Shown: positions 49,231 to 62,592, counted from the stretch's first letter. The stretch is 64,000 nucleotides of DNA from an uncultured virus (IMG/VR IMGVR_UViG_3300028888_000072) (IMGVR_UViG_3300028888_000072:1-64000); one strand, 5' to 3'. A program made the numbers and translations. Notes: generated from the sequence alone by a model not told the origin.

Positions 49231-50022
49231 TTAATCAGCTTCTCTATATATTGGGAATGAATATTCTAATCCATTTCGTTTATATAAATTATATAACTTA
49301 TTTTGAATTATTACAGATTTAACAAATGTTCCAGATTCTATTCTCCCAAATGCATCTTTAATATAGCATTCTTCAGGTAATAATAGATAATAATCAACAG
49401 GACTTAATGATTCAGATATTTCAATTCCATCTGTATCTTCATAAATAGGAGTATCACCATCATAACTTGCTAATGACATTTCTAATTTTCTCCAACCACT
49501 TTCTGATGAATGATAGTTAACTATTTCTATATTATTTTCATCAGGCATATTAGTACCTACATACCAGAAATCTCCTTTTCTCATAACATAAGTTATAACA
49601 TTACATTTTAAATTTTTATATTCTGCTTCAATTGTTATTGCTTCATTATTAAATGCATTAGGTTTATAAATTAATTCTACTTCATTATTTGCGAAAATGT
49701 TATTTCTTTCTAATGTTCCATTTTCTTCAGATAATTTATAATTGCATTTTGTAGTAACGTCTTCATAAGAATTATCATCATAAATTAAAAATATACATGA
49801 TTTTAAAATAGTAGAATTAATATTCTTAAATGTAATTGTTTCTTTATAATTAATACATTTAAGTAACTTAGGAGCAGGACCATTTGCTACAGTTTCTTGT
49901 GGTGATAAATGCTGAGATATATCGTCATATTCAGAATTTGATATTTCAATTACTTCATTTTTAGCTATATCGAATTGCTTCATTAATTGAGCCCATAATA
50001 AATCAGATTTTAAAATTTGCAT
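49231..50022 (-). CDS. Putative virion protein with the shared WY(I/V)G...GW...DAF domain
   Basis: C-terminal ~110 aa aligns by eye with repeats in 58940-60892. Confidence 0.7.
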   Translation of the reverse strand: MQILKSDLLWAQLMKQFDIAKNEVIEISNSEYDDISQHLSPQETVANGPAPKLLKCINYKETITFKNINSTILKSCIFLIYDDNSYEDVTTKCNYKLSEENGTLERNNIFANNEVELIYKPNAFNNEAITIEAEYKNLKCNVITYVMRKGDFWYVGTNMPDENNIEIVNYHSSESGWRKLEMSLASYDGDTPIYEDTDGIEISESLSPVDYYLLLPEECYIKDAFGRIESGTFVKSVIIQNKLYNLYKRNGLEYSFPIYREAD

Positions 50023-50100
50023 AATTATAGCTATATATTTTTATATAATATTTGAATTTTTCAATAAATGAACTATATTGTATATATAAAAATAAAATAT

Positions 50101-50844
50101 ATGATAGTTACAATTAATTGGATTAAGGAACATTACATTGAGTTCAATAACAAATATTGGAACGGAGAACTTCCAATGATTGAGTTCAAGGTTAATCATA
50201 CTAAGAGAATGTGGGGGTATGCATCTTTTAGATATGACTACCCAAACAATAAAGTTAATCCTGAGTACATTGCAATTTCTAACTATTTTGATTCTCCTGA
50301 GGAAGTTAAGATGTCAACCCTTCTTCATGAAATGATTCATATTGCAGATTATACATTTAATCCTGAGCATTTTGTACAGAATCACAAACCAGTTTCAGGT
50401 CATAAATATAATGCACATGGATTTTGGTTTATGAAGGAATGCCGTAGAATTAATGCATACGGAATTCATAAGGTAGACAATCATGTTACTAAGGAAGAAG
50501 AAAAAGCTTCTACTCTTTCAGAAAAAGCTCGTAAAGTAATTGCATTCAAAAAGAATGTTGCTCTTATCTGTGCAATCTACGGTACTGAAGGAATTTGGTG
50601 GTTTAAGACAGATATCTATAAAGTAAAAGAATTACAAAAAGCAATTAATATAGTTAATTGGAATCCTTACATTGGTACTCCTAAATCTGTTAAGTTCTTT
50701 ACTTTTGATAATGAAGCTTTAGCAAATCATAGAAGTTCAGGTAAGTCTCTTCTTGGACGGAAAACTTCTTATAAGGAATTTGATAATACACTTAAGAAAT
50801 ATAAGGCTACTACTTGTAATGATTATAAAGTTAAATTAAAATAA
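50101..50844 (+). CDS. SprT-like zinc metalloprotease
   Basis: FN.KYW.G.LP, TLLHEMIH, HG..F...C.RIN; ATG 50101 preferred because 50068 overlaps the promoter motif. Confidence 0.85.
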   Translation: MIVTINWIKEHYIEFNNKYWNGELPMIEFKVNHTKRMWGYASFRYDYPNNKVNPEYIAISNYFDSPEEVKMSTLLHEMIHIADYTFNPEHFVQNHKPVSGHKYNAHGFWFMKECRRINAYGIHKVDNHVTKEEEKASTLSEKARKVIAFKKNVALICAIYGTEGIWWFKTDIYKVKELQKAINIVNWNPYIGTPKSVKFFTFDNEALANHRSSGKSLLGRKTSYKEFDNTLKKYKATTCNDYKVKLK

Positions 50845-50870
50845 GTTTTATTAATTAAACAATAAATTTT

Positions 50871-51644
50871 ATGAGGAAACTGATTTTTATTTTTGTTGCA
50901 ATTTTTGCATTGTGTTCATGTTCAAAGGATGAAACTGAAAACCGTTATGATAATTCAGTAAGTCCTAATGTGCTTGGTGTGTTCGAAGTTAGCGGAGTTT
51001 TAGATAATTCAAATATTAACAAAAACGAAGCATTCGTATTATTTAAGAATCCAACAGAATATGGTAATATATGGTGGAGTGGTTCAAATAATTATACAAA
51101 TGATATTGGAGAATTTTATGCTGGGCAACTTCGTTATCAAATTTGTAAATATGAACTTAATAAAGATATTCTTACATTGTATGTTTATCATAAAGATGAT
51201 AATTTAGGATATGTATATAAATTTGTATTTAGAGCTGATGCATTATATGGTGGAATTGTTTTAACTTGTTTAGATAGTGAACCAACAAAATATTTACGAA
51301 TTAATAGAAATGATAAAATCAAATTAACATATTTAGGATATCATATTGAAGAATGGGCTCCAAAGTTGTTTCGTTATAATTATACAAATGCATATTATAT
51401 TCCAAATGGCATGTATAATCAGGTAAATGCATCTCAATACGAACGAATGTCAATTATCATTAATGGTAATCATATTAAATGGATTTGTTTCAGTTATGGA
51501 GATTATTATGAAGAAGAATTTTATTATGTATTAAATAATAATGAAATGATTATTTTCAAAAATGGAAAAGAAATTGATAGAATTTCATGGTCAATTGATG
51601 GTAATCTTTTAACACTTGGTGAAATTATATATATGAAACAATAA
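50871..51644 (+). CDS. Bacteroidota-type lipoprotein
   Basis: MRKLIFIFVAIFALCSC lipobox followed by SKDE. Confidence 0.8.
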   Translation: MRKLIFIFVAIFALCSCSKDETENRYDNSVSPNVLGVFEVSGVLDNSNINKNEAFVLFKNPTEYGNIWWSGSNNYTNDIGEFYAGQLRYQICKYELNKDILTLYVYHKDDNLGYVYKFVFRADALYGGIVLTCLDSEPTKYLRINRNDKIKLTYLGYHIEEWAPKLFRYNYTNAYYIPNGMYNQVNASQYERMSIIINGNHIKWICFSYGDYYEEEFYYVLNNNEMIIFKNGKEIDRISWSIDGNLLTLGEIIYMKQ

Positions 51645-51670
51645 ACAATAATTTTTATTAAACTATATTT

Positions 51671-51702
51671 AAAGGTACGGATTAATTAATCTGTGCCTTT
51701 TT
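51671..51702 (+). terminator. Intrinsic terminator
   Basis: aaaggtacggatt-aatt-aatctgtgccttt (two G-U pairs) plus T run. Confidence 0.65.
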
Positions 51703-51787
51703 CTATATTATAATTACAAGAAACTAAAATGGGAGTTGATCCCATATCTCGTTAAGAGATTTACATAAATATATTTTATTAACTTTT

Positions 51788-54574
51788 ATGATATTAGATA
51801 GAACATGGAATAAAAGAGATCAAAAGTTGACTATTTCGTATATAGATAAATTAGGAAATAGAAAATTTTTCACAAAGCATTTACATCACATTAAGTCATA
51901 TGAATATGATGCACAAGGAGAATTTGAAACTTGGAATGGTCGTAGATGTAATAAAGTATTTAAAGATACTTTAAATTATACACCAAACGAATTTGATATT
52001 TTGGAATTTATGTATGAGCTTCCAAAAGATTTAAATACTGAAATGCATGCTCAATATTTTCCAAAATTATATACGTTCGATATTGAAACAGAATTTGTTA
52101 AAGGAGAGTTCCCTGATCCTGATAAAGCGGAACATAAAGTTACAGCTATATCTTTAGTAGGTCCAGATCTTAGTTGTATTGTATATGGACTACACAGACT
52201 CAATGAAGATCAAATAGCATTATTTAGAAAACGTTATTTGGATTGGGTTAATGAAAATGAATTTGCAAAAGATTTTGTAAATTCAAATGGAAAACAACCA
52301 AAAGTATTATATCAATATTTTGAGACTGAGGAAGCTATGCTTACTCATTTCTTTACTGTAATTATTCCAAAAATTGCTTGTCTTGCAGGATGGAACAGTT
52401 ATGGATTTGACTGGTTATATCTTGTTAATCGTATTAATAGATTATTTGGAAAGAATGTAGCATTTAATATGATTCGTAAGTCTTCACCAACTGGAGAAAT
52501 TAAACAATATAGTTGGGAAGAAGTAGGTGGACTTAAGAAAAGATGTCCAGGTCCATGCCATTCAATCATATTGGACTATATGCAGATTGTTAAAGATTAT
52601 GATTATATATTAAGACCTTATGAATCATATTCTTTGGATTGGGTAGGTAATGCTGCAGTTAAAGCTCATAAGATTAAATATGAAGGATCATTGCAAGATC
52701 TTTATGAAAAGGACCCAGAATGGTATTATTTCTATAATGCTGTCGATAGTCTTATCACAATGTTGATTCATTATAAATTAAAATCTTTAGAATCACCTTG
52801 TGCTGTATCATCAGTTACTTTGGTACCTTTATTAGCTGCATTTGGACAGGTAGCATTAGGTACAGCAAATGTGTTCGAAGAATTCTATAATCAAGGACAG
52901 AAGGTTGTTTGGGATTACGATGCTATTGAAAGAGTAAAGATACCGTATGAAGGAGCATTCTGTGGTTGTGTGCCAGGTCGATATGAATTTACAGTATGTT
53001 TTGATTTCGCATCACTTTATCCATCACAGGTAAGAACTTGTAATCTATCATTTGAGAACTTCTATGAGAATAGAGTTGGTCCTGATAGTTTTGGAAGATA
53101 TACAACTCTTAAATGGACTGAAGCAGATCTTGAAAGATTTAGGAAAGATCCAAATTATTTTGTTACTGTAATGGGTAATGTATATAAGAATGATAAGGAC
53201 TATGCATTCCGTCGTATACAAGCTAACCTTAAAGTATTACGTGACAAATATAAATATACAGGCCAAAGAATTGAAGCTGAAGCACTTGTTGAAATTGATA
53301 ATATATTGAATCATTCAAATGATCATATTGAATTCCATCAAGATATTGTTGATTTGCTTAAAGAAAAGTTCAATAAGACTCATGAAGATCTGTTTACAAT
53401 GTCTGAAGATGAACTTAAGAAATTTAGAGTTGAAGTTGAAGACTTGCGACATGAATATTCATTGCTTGAGCTTGCACATAAAGTTTTGATGAATGGCTTA
53501 TATGGAGCATGTGCTAATCAATTCTTCTATTTCTTTAATGCATCACTTGCAGCAGATATCACTGGAGAATGCCGTCATCTTACAAAGACAATGTGGCATA
53601 ATCTTGAAGAATGGTTCCATGAAGGTATTTGGAATAGAAAAGATATTTGGCAACAGTTTGAATTTGAACTTGATGAAAGTAAACATGATTGGTTTAGAAA
53701 ACAGACTATATCTTGCTATTCGGATACTGATTCTGTATATGTAACATTTGGTAATTTCTTCAAGTGTATGACACCAGAATATCAAAAGAAATATGATACA
53801 GATAGAAAGAAGGTTGACTGGATTTTGAACTATTGTAAGAAGTTTCAAGATAAGCTTAATAATAAGTGGTGCGAAGAAATGTATAATCCAAGATATGGAA
53901 AGAACGTACATGAGTTTGAATTGGAAACAATTTCTTATGCACAGATTTGTATTAAGAAAAAGAAGTATCTTAAAGGATATGCATATGTAAAAGGAAAGTA
54001 TTATGATGAACCAAAGGTATCGGGCACAGGTATTGAAATTATTAAATCTACAACACCAAAACTATGTAGAACTGTATTGAAGAAATTGATGAATAGTTTG
54101 ATGTTTGAATATCACGAAGAAAATCGTAACGAATATATTTTAGCATTTAATGAAAAACTTGCAGGATTCAGAAGGGAATTCTATAAAGCACCGATTGAAG
54201 ACATATCACAATCTGTAGGTATTGGTGATTATAAGAAATATGTAATAGATGATAAAGAATCATTATTGTTAGGTAAACAATGTCCTGTATCTGTACAAGC
54301 TATAGCAAGATATAATTATTTAGCTCATAAGAATAATGAAGATAATAAGATTCAATACTCTGGTAAGATCAAATATTATAATATAAGAATTAATGAAAAA
54401 CAAGAAGGATACTTTGGCTTCCCATCTGGTGAACTTCCTGAGTGGGCTCCTAAAATTGATAAGATAACACAATGGGAAAAGACAATTATTGATCCTATTA
54501 ATAGATTCTTGGAAGTAATGGATATACCAAAAGTTAATGCATCAAATGCTCATCAATTATCAATAATGTTTTAA
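51788..54574 (+). CDS. DNA polymerase family B (T4 gp43-like)
   Basis: Exo motifs FDIET, WNSYGFD, YNAVD; pol motifs DFASLYPS, K..MNGLYG, YSDTDS, KKKY. Confidence 0.96.
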   Translation: MILDRTWNKRDQKLTISYIDKLGNRKFFTKHLHHIKSYEYDAQGEFETWNGRRCNKVFKDTLNYTPNEFDILEFMYELPKDLNTEMHAQYFPKLYTFDIETEFVKGEFPDPDKAEHKVTAISLVGPDLSCIVYGLHRLNEDQIALFRKRYLDWVNENEFAKDFVNSNGKQPKVLYQYFETEEAMLTHFFTVIIPKIACLAGWNSYGFDWLYLVNRINRLFGKNVAFNMIRKSSPTGEIKQYSWEEVGGLKKRCPGPCHSIILDYMQIVKDYDYILRPYESYSLDWVGNAAVKAHKIKYEGSLQDLYEKDPEWYYFYNAVDSLITMLIHYKLKSLESPCAVSSVTLVPLLAAFGQVALGTANVFEEFYNQGQKVVWDYDAIERVKIPYEGAFCGCVPGRYEFTVCFDFASLYPSQVRTCNLSFENFYENRVGPDSFGRYTTLKWTEADLERFRKDPNYFVTVMGNVYKNDKDYAFRRIQANLKVLRDKYKYTGQRIEAEALVEIDNILNHSNDHIEFHQDIVDLLKEKFNKTHEDLFTMSEDELKKFRVEVEDLRHEYSLLELAHKVLMNGLYGACANQFFYFFNASLAADITGECRHLTKTMWHNLEEWFHEGIWNRKDIWQQFEFELDESKHDWFRKQTISCYSDTDSVYVTFGNFFKCMTPEYQKKYDTDRKKVDWILNYCKKFQDKLNNKWCEEMYNPRYGKNVHEFELETISYAQICIKKKKYLKGYAYVKGKYYDEPKVSGTGIEIIKSTTPKLCRTVLKKLMNSLMFEYHEENRNEYILAFNEKLAGFRREFYKAPIEDISQSVGIGDYKKYVIDDKESLLLGKQCPVSVQAIARYNYLAHKNNEDNKIQYSGKIKYYNIRINEKQEGYFGFPSGELPEWAPKIDKITQWEKTIIDPINRFLEVMDIPKVNASNAHQLSIMF

Positions 54575-54648
54575 TTATGATATAAATTGTTATTATTAAA
54601 TATATTATAGAGGAAAGTAAAGTATATAAAAATATAACGTTATATAAA

Positions 54649-55242
54649 ATGAGTAGAATTGATGAAAGACTCGAAATCATGGGAGTAGATACTTCTGAAA
54701 TGACAACTGAAGAAAAGTTTACTGCAGCTACTGGTCTTACAAGATATGATGAAGAAATGGCAGCCAACGATTGGTATGTACCAGCAGGCGCAGCAAATAC
54801 ACAAGATGAAGCTTCTGAAGAATCAGGAGAACAAGGTCAAACTTCACAGGCTGAACCTACAGGTCAAAATACACCAACTGGAGAACCTGAAGTACAAACT
54901 TATACAGCAGAAGAAGCTGCAGAATATAATTTAACACTTGATGGTGCTTTACAATATGGTGCAATTAAGACTCCTGCAGTAGAAGCAGTTGAAGCTAAAG
55001 ATGCAGTTCTTTATGAAGATGCTAATGAATATAATGCAGCTAAAGGAACAGAATTAACTGATGAAGACTTTGAAGCATTAAATGAAGCAGACAAGATTAA
55101 GACTCCTGCAGTAGAAGCAGTTGAAGCTAAAGATGCAGTTGAATACACAAATGAAGAAGTAGATGCTTACAATGCTGCATTACCTGGAGCAAAGAAAGCA
55201 GGTGATCCAAAAACTTCTACAGCAACTGTTGAAACAGCATAA
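54649..55242 (+). CDS. Acidic Ala/Glu-rich protein with internal duplication
   Basis: IKTPAVEAVEAKDAV twice (identical 45 bp at 54964-55008 and 55096-55140). Confidence 0.8.
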   Translation: MSRIDERLEIMGVDTSEMTTEEKFTAATGLTRYDEEMAANDWYVPAGAANTQDEASEESGEQGQTSQAEPTGQNTPTGEPEVQTYTAEEAAEYNLTLDGALQYGAIKTPAVEAVEAKDAVLYEDANEYNAAKGTELTDEDFEALNEADKIKTPAVEAVEAKDAVEYTNEEVDAYNAALPGAKKAGDPKTSTATVETA

Positions 55243-55263
55243 TTAATACAAATACAATAAATT

Positions 55264-55335
55264 AAGGAACTACACAAGTAGTTCCTTTTTTTGTTTTAAA
55301 AACTAAAATGGAACGTACCAAGTACGTTCCATTTT
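55264..55335. terminator. Tandem hairpins between convergent genes
   Basis: aaggaactac-acaa-gtagttcctt plus T run; aaaatggaacgtac-caa-gtacgttccatttt. Confidence 0.75.
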
Positions 55336-55357
55336 TATATAATACTTGAATAATCAA

Positions 55358-58870
<3,513 letters not shown>

Positions 58871-58939
58871 ATATTAATTAAATATTTTTATTTTCAATTT
58901 ATAATGTATCTGGTACTTGGTACCAGATACATTTATGCT

Positions 58940-60892
58940 TTAGTATAATAACCAACCAAATTCACTTCCAACTGTATGATATACATTATATTGAACGCCA
59001 TCTAATTCGATAGTTCCAGTTAATGTATAATCAGTAGGATCAGCGAATGCTCCATGTATACCTACACCTACAGGTAATGCAAGATAGTAATCAATATCAT
59101 CATAATCTTCATTTATAATAACTGCATAATCTGAACTTCCTGGGAAGATTGGATTATTTTTACTATATTCATTTAATGCACCTGGTATGAAATGCCAACC
59201 TAATCCCAATTCTTCTTGAGCTAAATCATCATCTATAACTGTTGCATCTGTTGGTTGATTTATGCCAATATACCAATAATTATTTACTGTTTGAGGTTCT
59301 TCTCCAGTTGGTTCTTCTCCAGTTGGTTCTTCTCCAGTTGGTTCTTCTCCAGTTGGTTGTTCACCAGTTGGCTCGCCAGTTGGTTCTTCTCCAGTTGGCT
59401 CTCCAGTTGGCTCTCCAGTTGGCTCTCCAGTTGGTTCGCCAGTTGGTTCTACTTCACCCCCTTTATAATAAATGGTATATGCGAATTCTAATCCACGCAT
59501 CTTAACAATAACATATTGTGAACCGTTTATAACAATACGATCAAATACTGTTAATGATATATCTGTAAATGCATCTTTAATAGCACAGCCATCTGGAATT
59601 ATTACATAAAAATCTACAGGGTTTAATGTATCAGAAACAGGTATAGAATCAGATGAAATTGGATTGTTTTCATTATGTGATGATAATTCACCTTCAATAC
59701 GTCTCCATCCAAAATCTTCTTCATCTTGTGCAAGATTATTTTCAGGCTTATAAGGAACAGTTGGAAGAGATGTTCCAATGTACCAATATTTATATTCTGT
59801 AACAGGATCAATAGTTGCTTCACCAGTTGTCATAATAATATTAAGACGAGATAATGATACACCAGAAGTAGAATCTTCAGTAGGTAATGAATTATTTACT
59901 TCATATAACTTATAAGTCTTTGTATCAACTACTACATCCATAATGAATGAGAATCTGTTATCTACAGTTACCTTATCAGCTTTAACTGGAGTTAAGCCCT
60001 TATCAGGTACAATTACATACCATGTAGATTTACTTAATATGCTATCAACACCAGCAATAAATAATTCAACATTATTATCAGAATATGTCTTAAATACATG
60101 CCAAGTATTAGCTTGATTTTCAGTTATAACAAAGTCAGCTGAATTGAAGAAATTAACAGTTGGTTTTGTTTGACCTGCAAACCAATAAAGAGTATCATCA
60201 GTAATTGGAACTACTGGTGATCCATTTCCAGAAATTACTTGTTCAATTAAATCATTAGTTTCTTGTGTAGTATTATTGATTGCATCAGAAGTTTCATTAA
60301 TACCATTAATATTTGAATTAACTTCATTAATCATATCAATTAATTCTTGTTCTTTCAAATCGTTAATATCATCAGAATCAATTTCATCAGCAGGAATATA
60401 TGAATTGAATTCTTCTGTAGCATCATTAAATTCTTGTATTCTAGTTAATACAAGTTTTTGATTATCTTCTAATAAGATTTCTGCATCATTAATGATTTTA
60501 CCAATATTAACTTTCTGTTTAGCAATATTTTGAATATTCTTAGAAGCGGTTTCTGTATTACCACCATTTGAATATATACCATCAAAATCATTATCCCAAA
60601 GACTTTCTTTAATGTTAACTAATTTTCTATACTTAACAGAATCAAGTCCTTCATACTCATTAATTTTTTGAATTAATGTGTTTTTAATACTGATAGCACC
60701 AGTTTGCGCATTAATTGCTTTAGTTTCAGCAGCATCTAATTTTGTGTACAAATTGTTAGCATCAACAATAATTTGTTGAACGTCTTGAACATTCTTTTGT
60801 GCAGCTAAAACATGTTTACGAGCAGTTTCTTTATCAACATATGCGCTTCCTACAGTACCAACGTATATATTAATTTTATTTAAACTATTCAT
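58940..60892 (-). CDS. Putative virion protein: coiled coil, three related domains, PTGE linker
   Basis: ATG 60892 (MNSLNK) preferred; YW(Y/F)(I/A)G-starting domain three times. Confidence 0.75.
   Translation of the reverse strand: MNSLNKINIYVGTVGSAYVDKETARKHVLAAQKNVQDVQQIIVDANNLYTKLDAAETKAINAQTGAISIKNTLIQKINEYEGLDSVKYRKLVNIKESLWDNDFDGIYSNGGNTETASKNIQNIAKQKVNIGKIINDAEILLEDNQKLVLTRIQEFNDATEEFNSYIPADEIDSDDINDLKEQELIDMINEVNSNINGINETSDAINNTTQETNDLIEQVISGNGSPVVPITDDTLYWFAGQTKPTVNFFNSADFVITENQANTWHVFKTYSDNNVELFIAGVDSILSKSTWYVIVPDKGLTPVKADKVTVDNRFSFIMDVVVDTKTYKLYEVNNSLPTEDSTSGVSLSRLNIIMTTGEATIDPVTEYKYWYIGTSLPTVPYKPENNLAQDEEDFGWRRIEGELSSHNENNPISSDSIPVSDTLNPVDFYVIIPDGCAIKDAFTDISLTVFDRIVINGSQYVIVKMRGLEFAYTIYYKGGEVEPTGEPTGEPTGEPTGEPTGEEPTGEPTGEQPTGEEPTGEEPTGEEPTGEEPQTVNNYWYIGINQPTDATVIDDDLAQEELGLGWHFIPGALNEYSKNNPIFPGSSDYAVIINEDYDDIDYYLALPVGVGIHGAFADPTDYTLTGTIELDGVQYNVYHTVGSEFGWLLY
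59296..59449 (-). repeat. 12/15-bp coding tandem repeat (PTGE/PTGEE, about 11 copies)
   Basis: ccagttggttcttct / ccagttggctct units on the + strand. Confidence 0.92.
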
Positions 60893-61052
60893 TTGTTTTA
60901 TTAATATTTTTATAAGAATTATAAAAAGTATACTTTCTGACGTAAAAGACAAATGTCTTTTACAGATACTTCTATTTTAAATAAAAATAAAACAAATATT
61001 AATGAAAAAAATAAAAAATAGGAAGATAACTAAAAATTATCTTCCCATTATT

Positions 61053-61766
61053 TTAGAATTTTAATAAGCCATAATTTAATGAAACACCTATATTGAATGA
61101 CGGTTTATTCTGAATAGGATCATATCCAAAGTTTATAGCAGGACCTAAGCTCCAATGCGTTTTCTTTGGTTGTGATATTTTAAATCCAGAAATTTCATTG
61201 TATTTGACATACGGATTGGTTGACTTAACATAGATATTATTTTTTTCATCCATACCAACTGTATAATCAAAATTGACGATGTCTTTATTAATGAATATTC
61301 CTAAACTATCATTATCATATTTGACATTACCTTCTAATGTACGATACTTATCATTAAAATTAAAATCACGAATAAATCCTTTAGATATGATTTCATGATT
61401 AATTAAATATACAGTATCTTTAGGAGGATTTTCAACTTTACCAGTTACATAAACAATTGAAGCAACATTACCTTTTATTTTAAGGTCTTCTATTTCTTTA
61501 TACAATTGTTCATTTAAAACTTTAAGTGTTTTAATGTCAGATTCAAACGCCAACTTTTTAGCAACTAAATTTCCATTTTTGTCTTGATAATACTTAATAG
61601 TATCATTCAAGGCCTCTATGTTATTCTTATATTCATTTTTGACGCTTGAACATTTACTTATGGATGTTGTTAAAAAACTACATAATATCAATATAATTAA
61701 TATATAAATAATATGAGTTTTAAACTTATTCCAAAAGTTTTTAAGAATGCTTATCAAAGTATTCAT
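61053..61766 (-). CDS. Membrane-anchored coiled-coil protein with C-terminal beta-hairpin (spanin-like candidate)
   Basis: N-terminal TM, coiled coil, WSLGPAINFGY...NIGVSLNYGLLKF end; next to the glucosaminidase. Confidence 0.55.
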   Translation of the reverse strand: MNTLISILKNFWNKFKTHIIYILIILILCSFLTTSISKCSSVKNEYKNNIEALNDTIKYYQDKNGNLVAKKLAFESDIKTLKVLNEQLYKEIEDLKIKGNVASIVYVTGKVENPPKDTVYLINHEIISKGFIRDFNFNDKYRTLEGNVKYDNDSLGIFINKDIVNFDYTVGMDEKNNIYVKSTNPYVKYNEISGFKISQPKKTHWSLGPAINFGYDPIQNKPSFNIGVSLNYGLLKF

Positions 61767-61789
61767 TAATTACTACTTATAGTATATTT

Positions 61790-62437
61790 TTATAGTTTAT
61801 TGTATTCTTGTTGTAAAGAATAAATTTTTGTAGATCTTTTGATTGAATTATATGCTACACTTAATGAAGCTTCATATCCAGGATTTTCTGCATATCTTCC
61901 ACCTTTAGCAGTTACATATTTAGTCAAAAGATGCTGTTCAGTTCTACCTCTAACAAGATAATATTTTTTCAATACTTCACAGTAATGATTAATTGCTTCT
62001 TCATAATTTGGATATTTTCTTTTAATAATACCAAACATAGATTTACGGGCAGACTCATGACCTGCACCCATAGTTCCATAACATGTCTCAATTTCTGTTT
62101 GAGCCATTATAAAGCATATATCTATATTATTAGATAGACCTGCATGTACTAAGTAAGCTGGAATAAATTCATGCGATTTTGAAGTTTTAGTTTTTATATA
62201 CTTTGAAACTTCATTAATCATTTCATCTTTCAAGCTATCTTTAAGAACATCATTTGATATAACACCAGTATCTATACTTATTATGTTTTCAACTTCCGGT
62301 ATTTTATGAATGCGTTCATTTGAATTAATAGCTAATGTACTCCAAAATAACATTAGTACTACTATAAGAACAATTAAGTTCTTTAAATTAAATAATTTTT
62401 TGATTCTCTTGAATCTCTTGTTGTTAGTTTGTTCCAT
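61790..62437 (-). CDS. Glucosaminidase (GH73-like) peptidoglycan hydrolase with N-terminal TM
   Basis: MAQ..IET.YG, MFGI and YAENPGY match the GH73 catalytic Glu, NxFGI and YATDPxY patterns. Confidence 0.8.
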   Translation of the reverse strand: MEQTNNKRFKRIKKLFNLKNLIVLIVVLMLFWSTLAINSNERIHKIPEVENIISIDTGVISNDVLKDSLKDEMINEVSKYIKTKTSKSHEFIPAYLVHAGLSNNIDICFIMAQTEIETCYGTMGAGHESARKSMFGIIKRKYPNYEEAINHYCEVLKKYYLVRGRTEQHLLTKYVTAKGGRYAENPGYEASLSVAYNSIKRSTKIYSLQQEYNKL

Positions 62438-62454
62438 AATTATTGTTTTACATT

Positions 62455-62592
62455 TAAGTTTATCGCCTTATCATATAAATCTGTCACCTTTACATAACTC
62501 GACTTAGCCAAAACTTTACACAACTTTCTGTGCAAATATCACTTCATTTGACTCTTGAAAATCTAGTTGCTATACTACCGCGCTTGGTAGTA
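62455..62592 (-). ncRNA. Candidate structured 5' leader RNA of the glucosaminidase gene
   Basis: Locally GC-richer non-coding stretch with four stems whose mismatches are G-U on the - strand. Confidence 0.4.

Noticed and set aside
47545..50100. ORF-track starts at 47545, 48080 and 50068
   Set aside because: They overlap an upstream gene, a hairpin or the promoter motif; downstream ATGs at 47620, 48110 and 50101 fit better
4907..54574. Inteins or introns in terminase, portal or polymerase
   Set aside because: No splice-junction motifs or homing endonuclease domains were seen, the ORFs are uninterrupted, and the polymerase fingers insertion is too short and lacks intein ends
54964..55140. 45-bp direct repeat as an attachment site or target-site duplication
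   Set aside because: In-frame internal duplication within one ORF, with no integrase or mobile element between the copies
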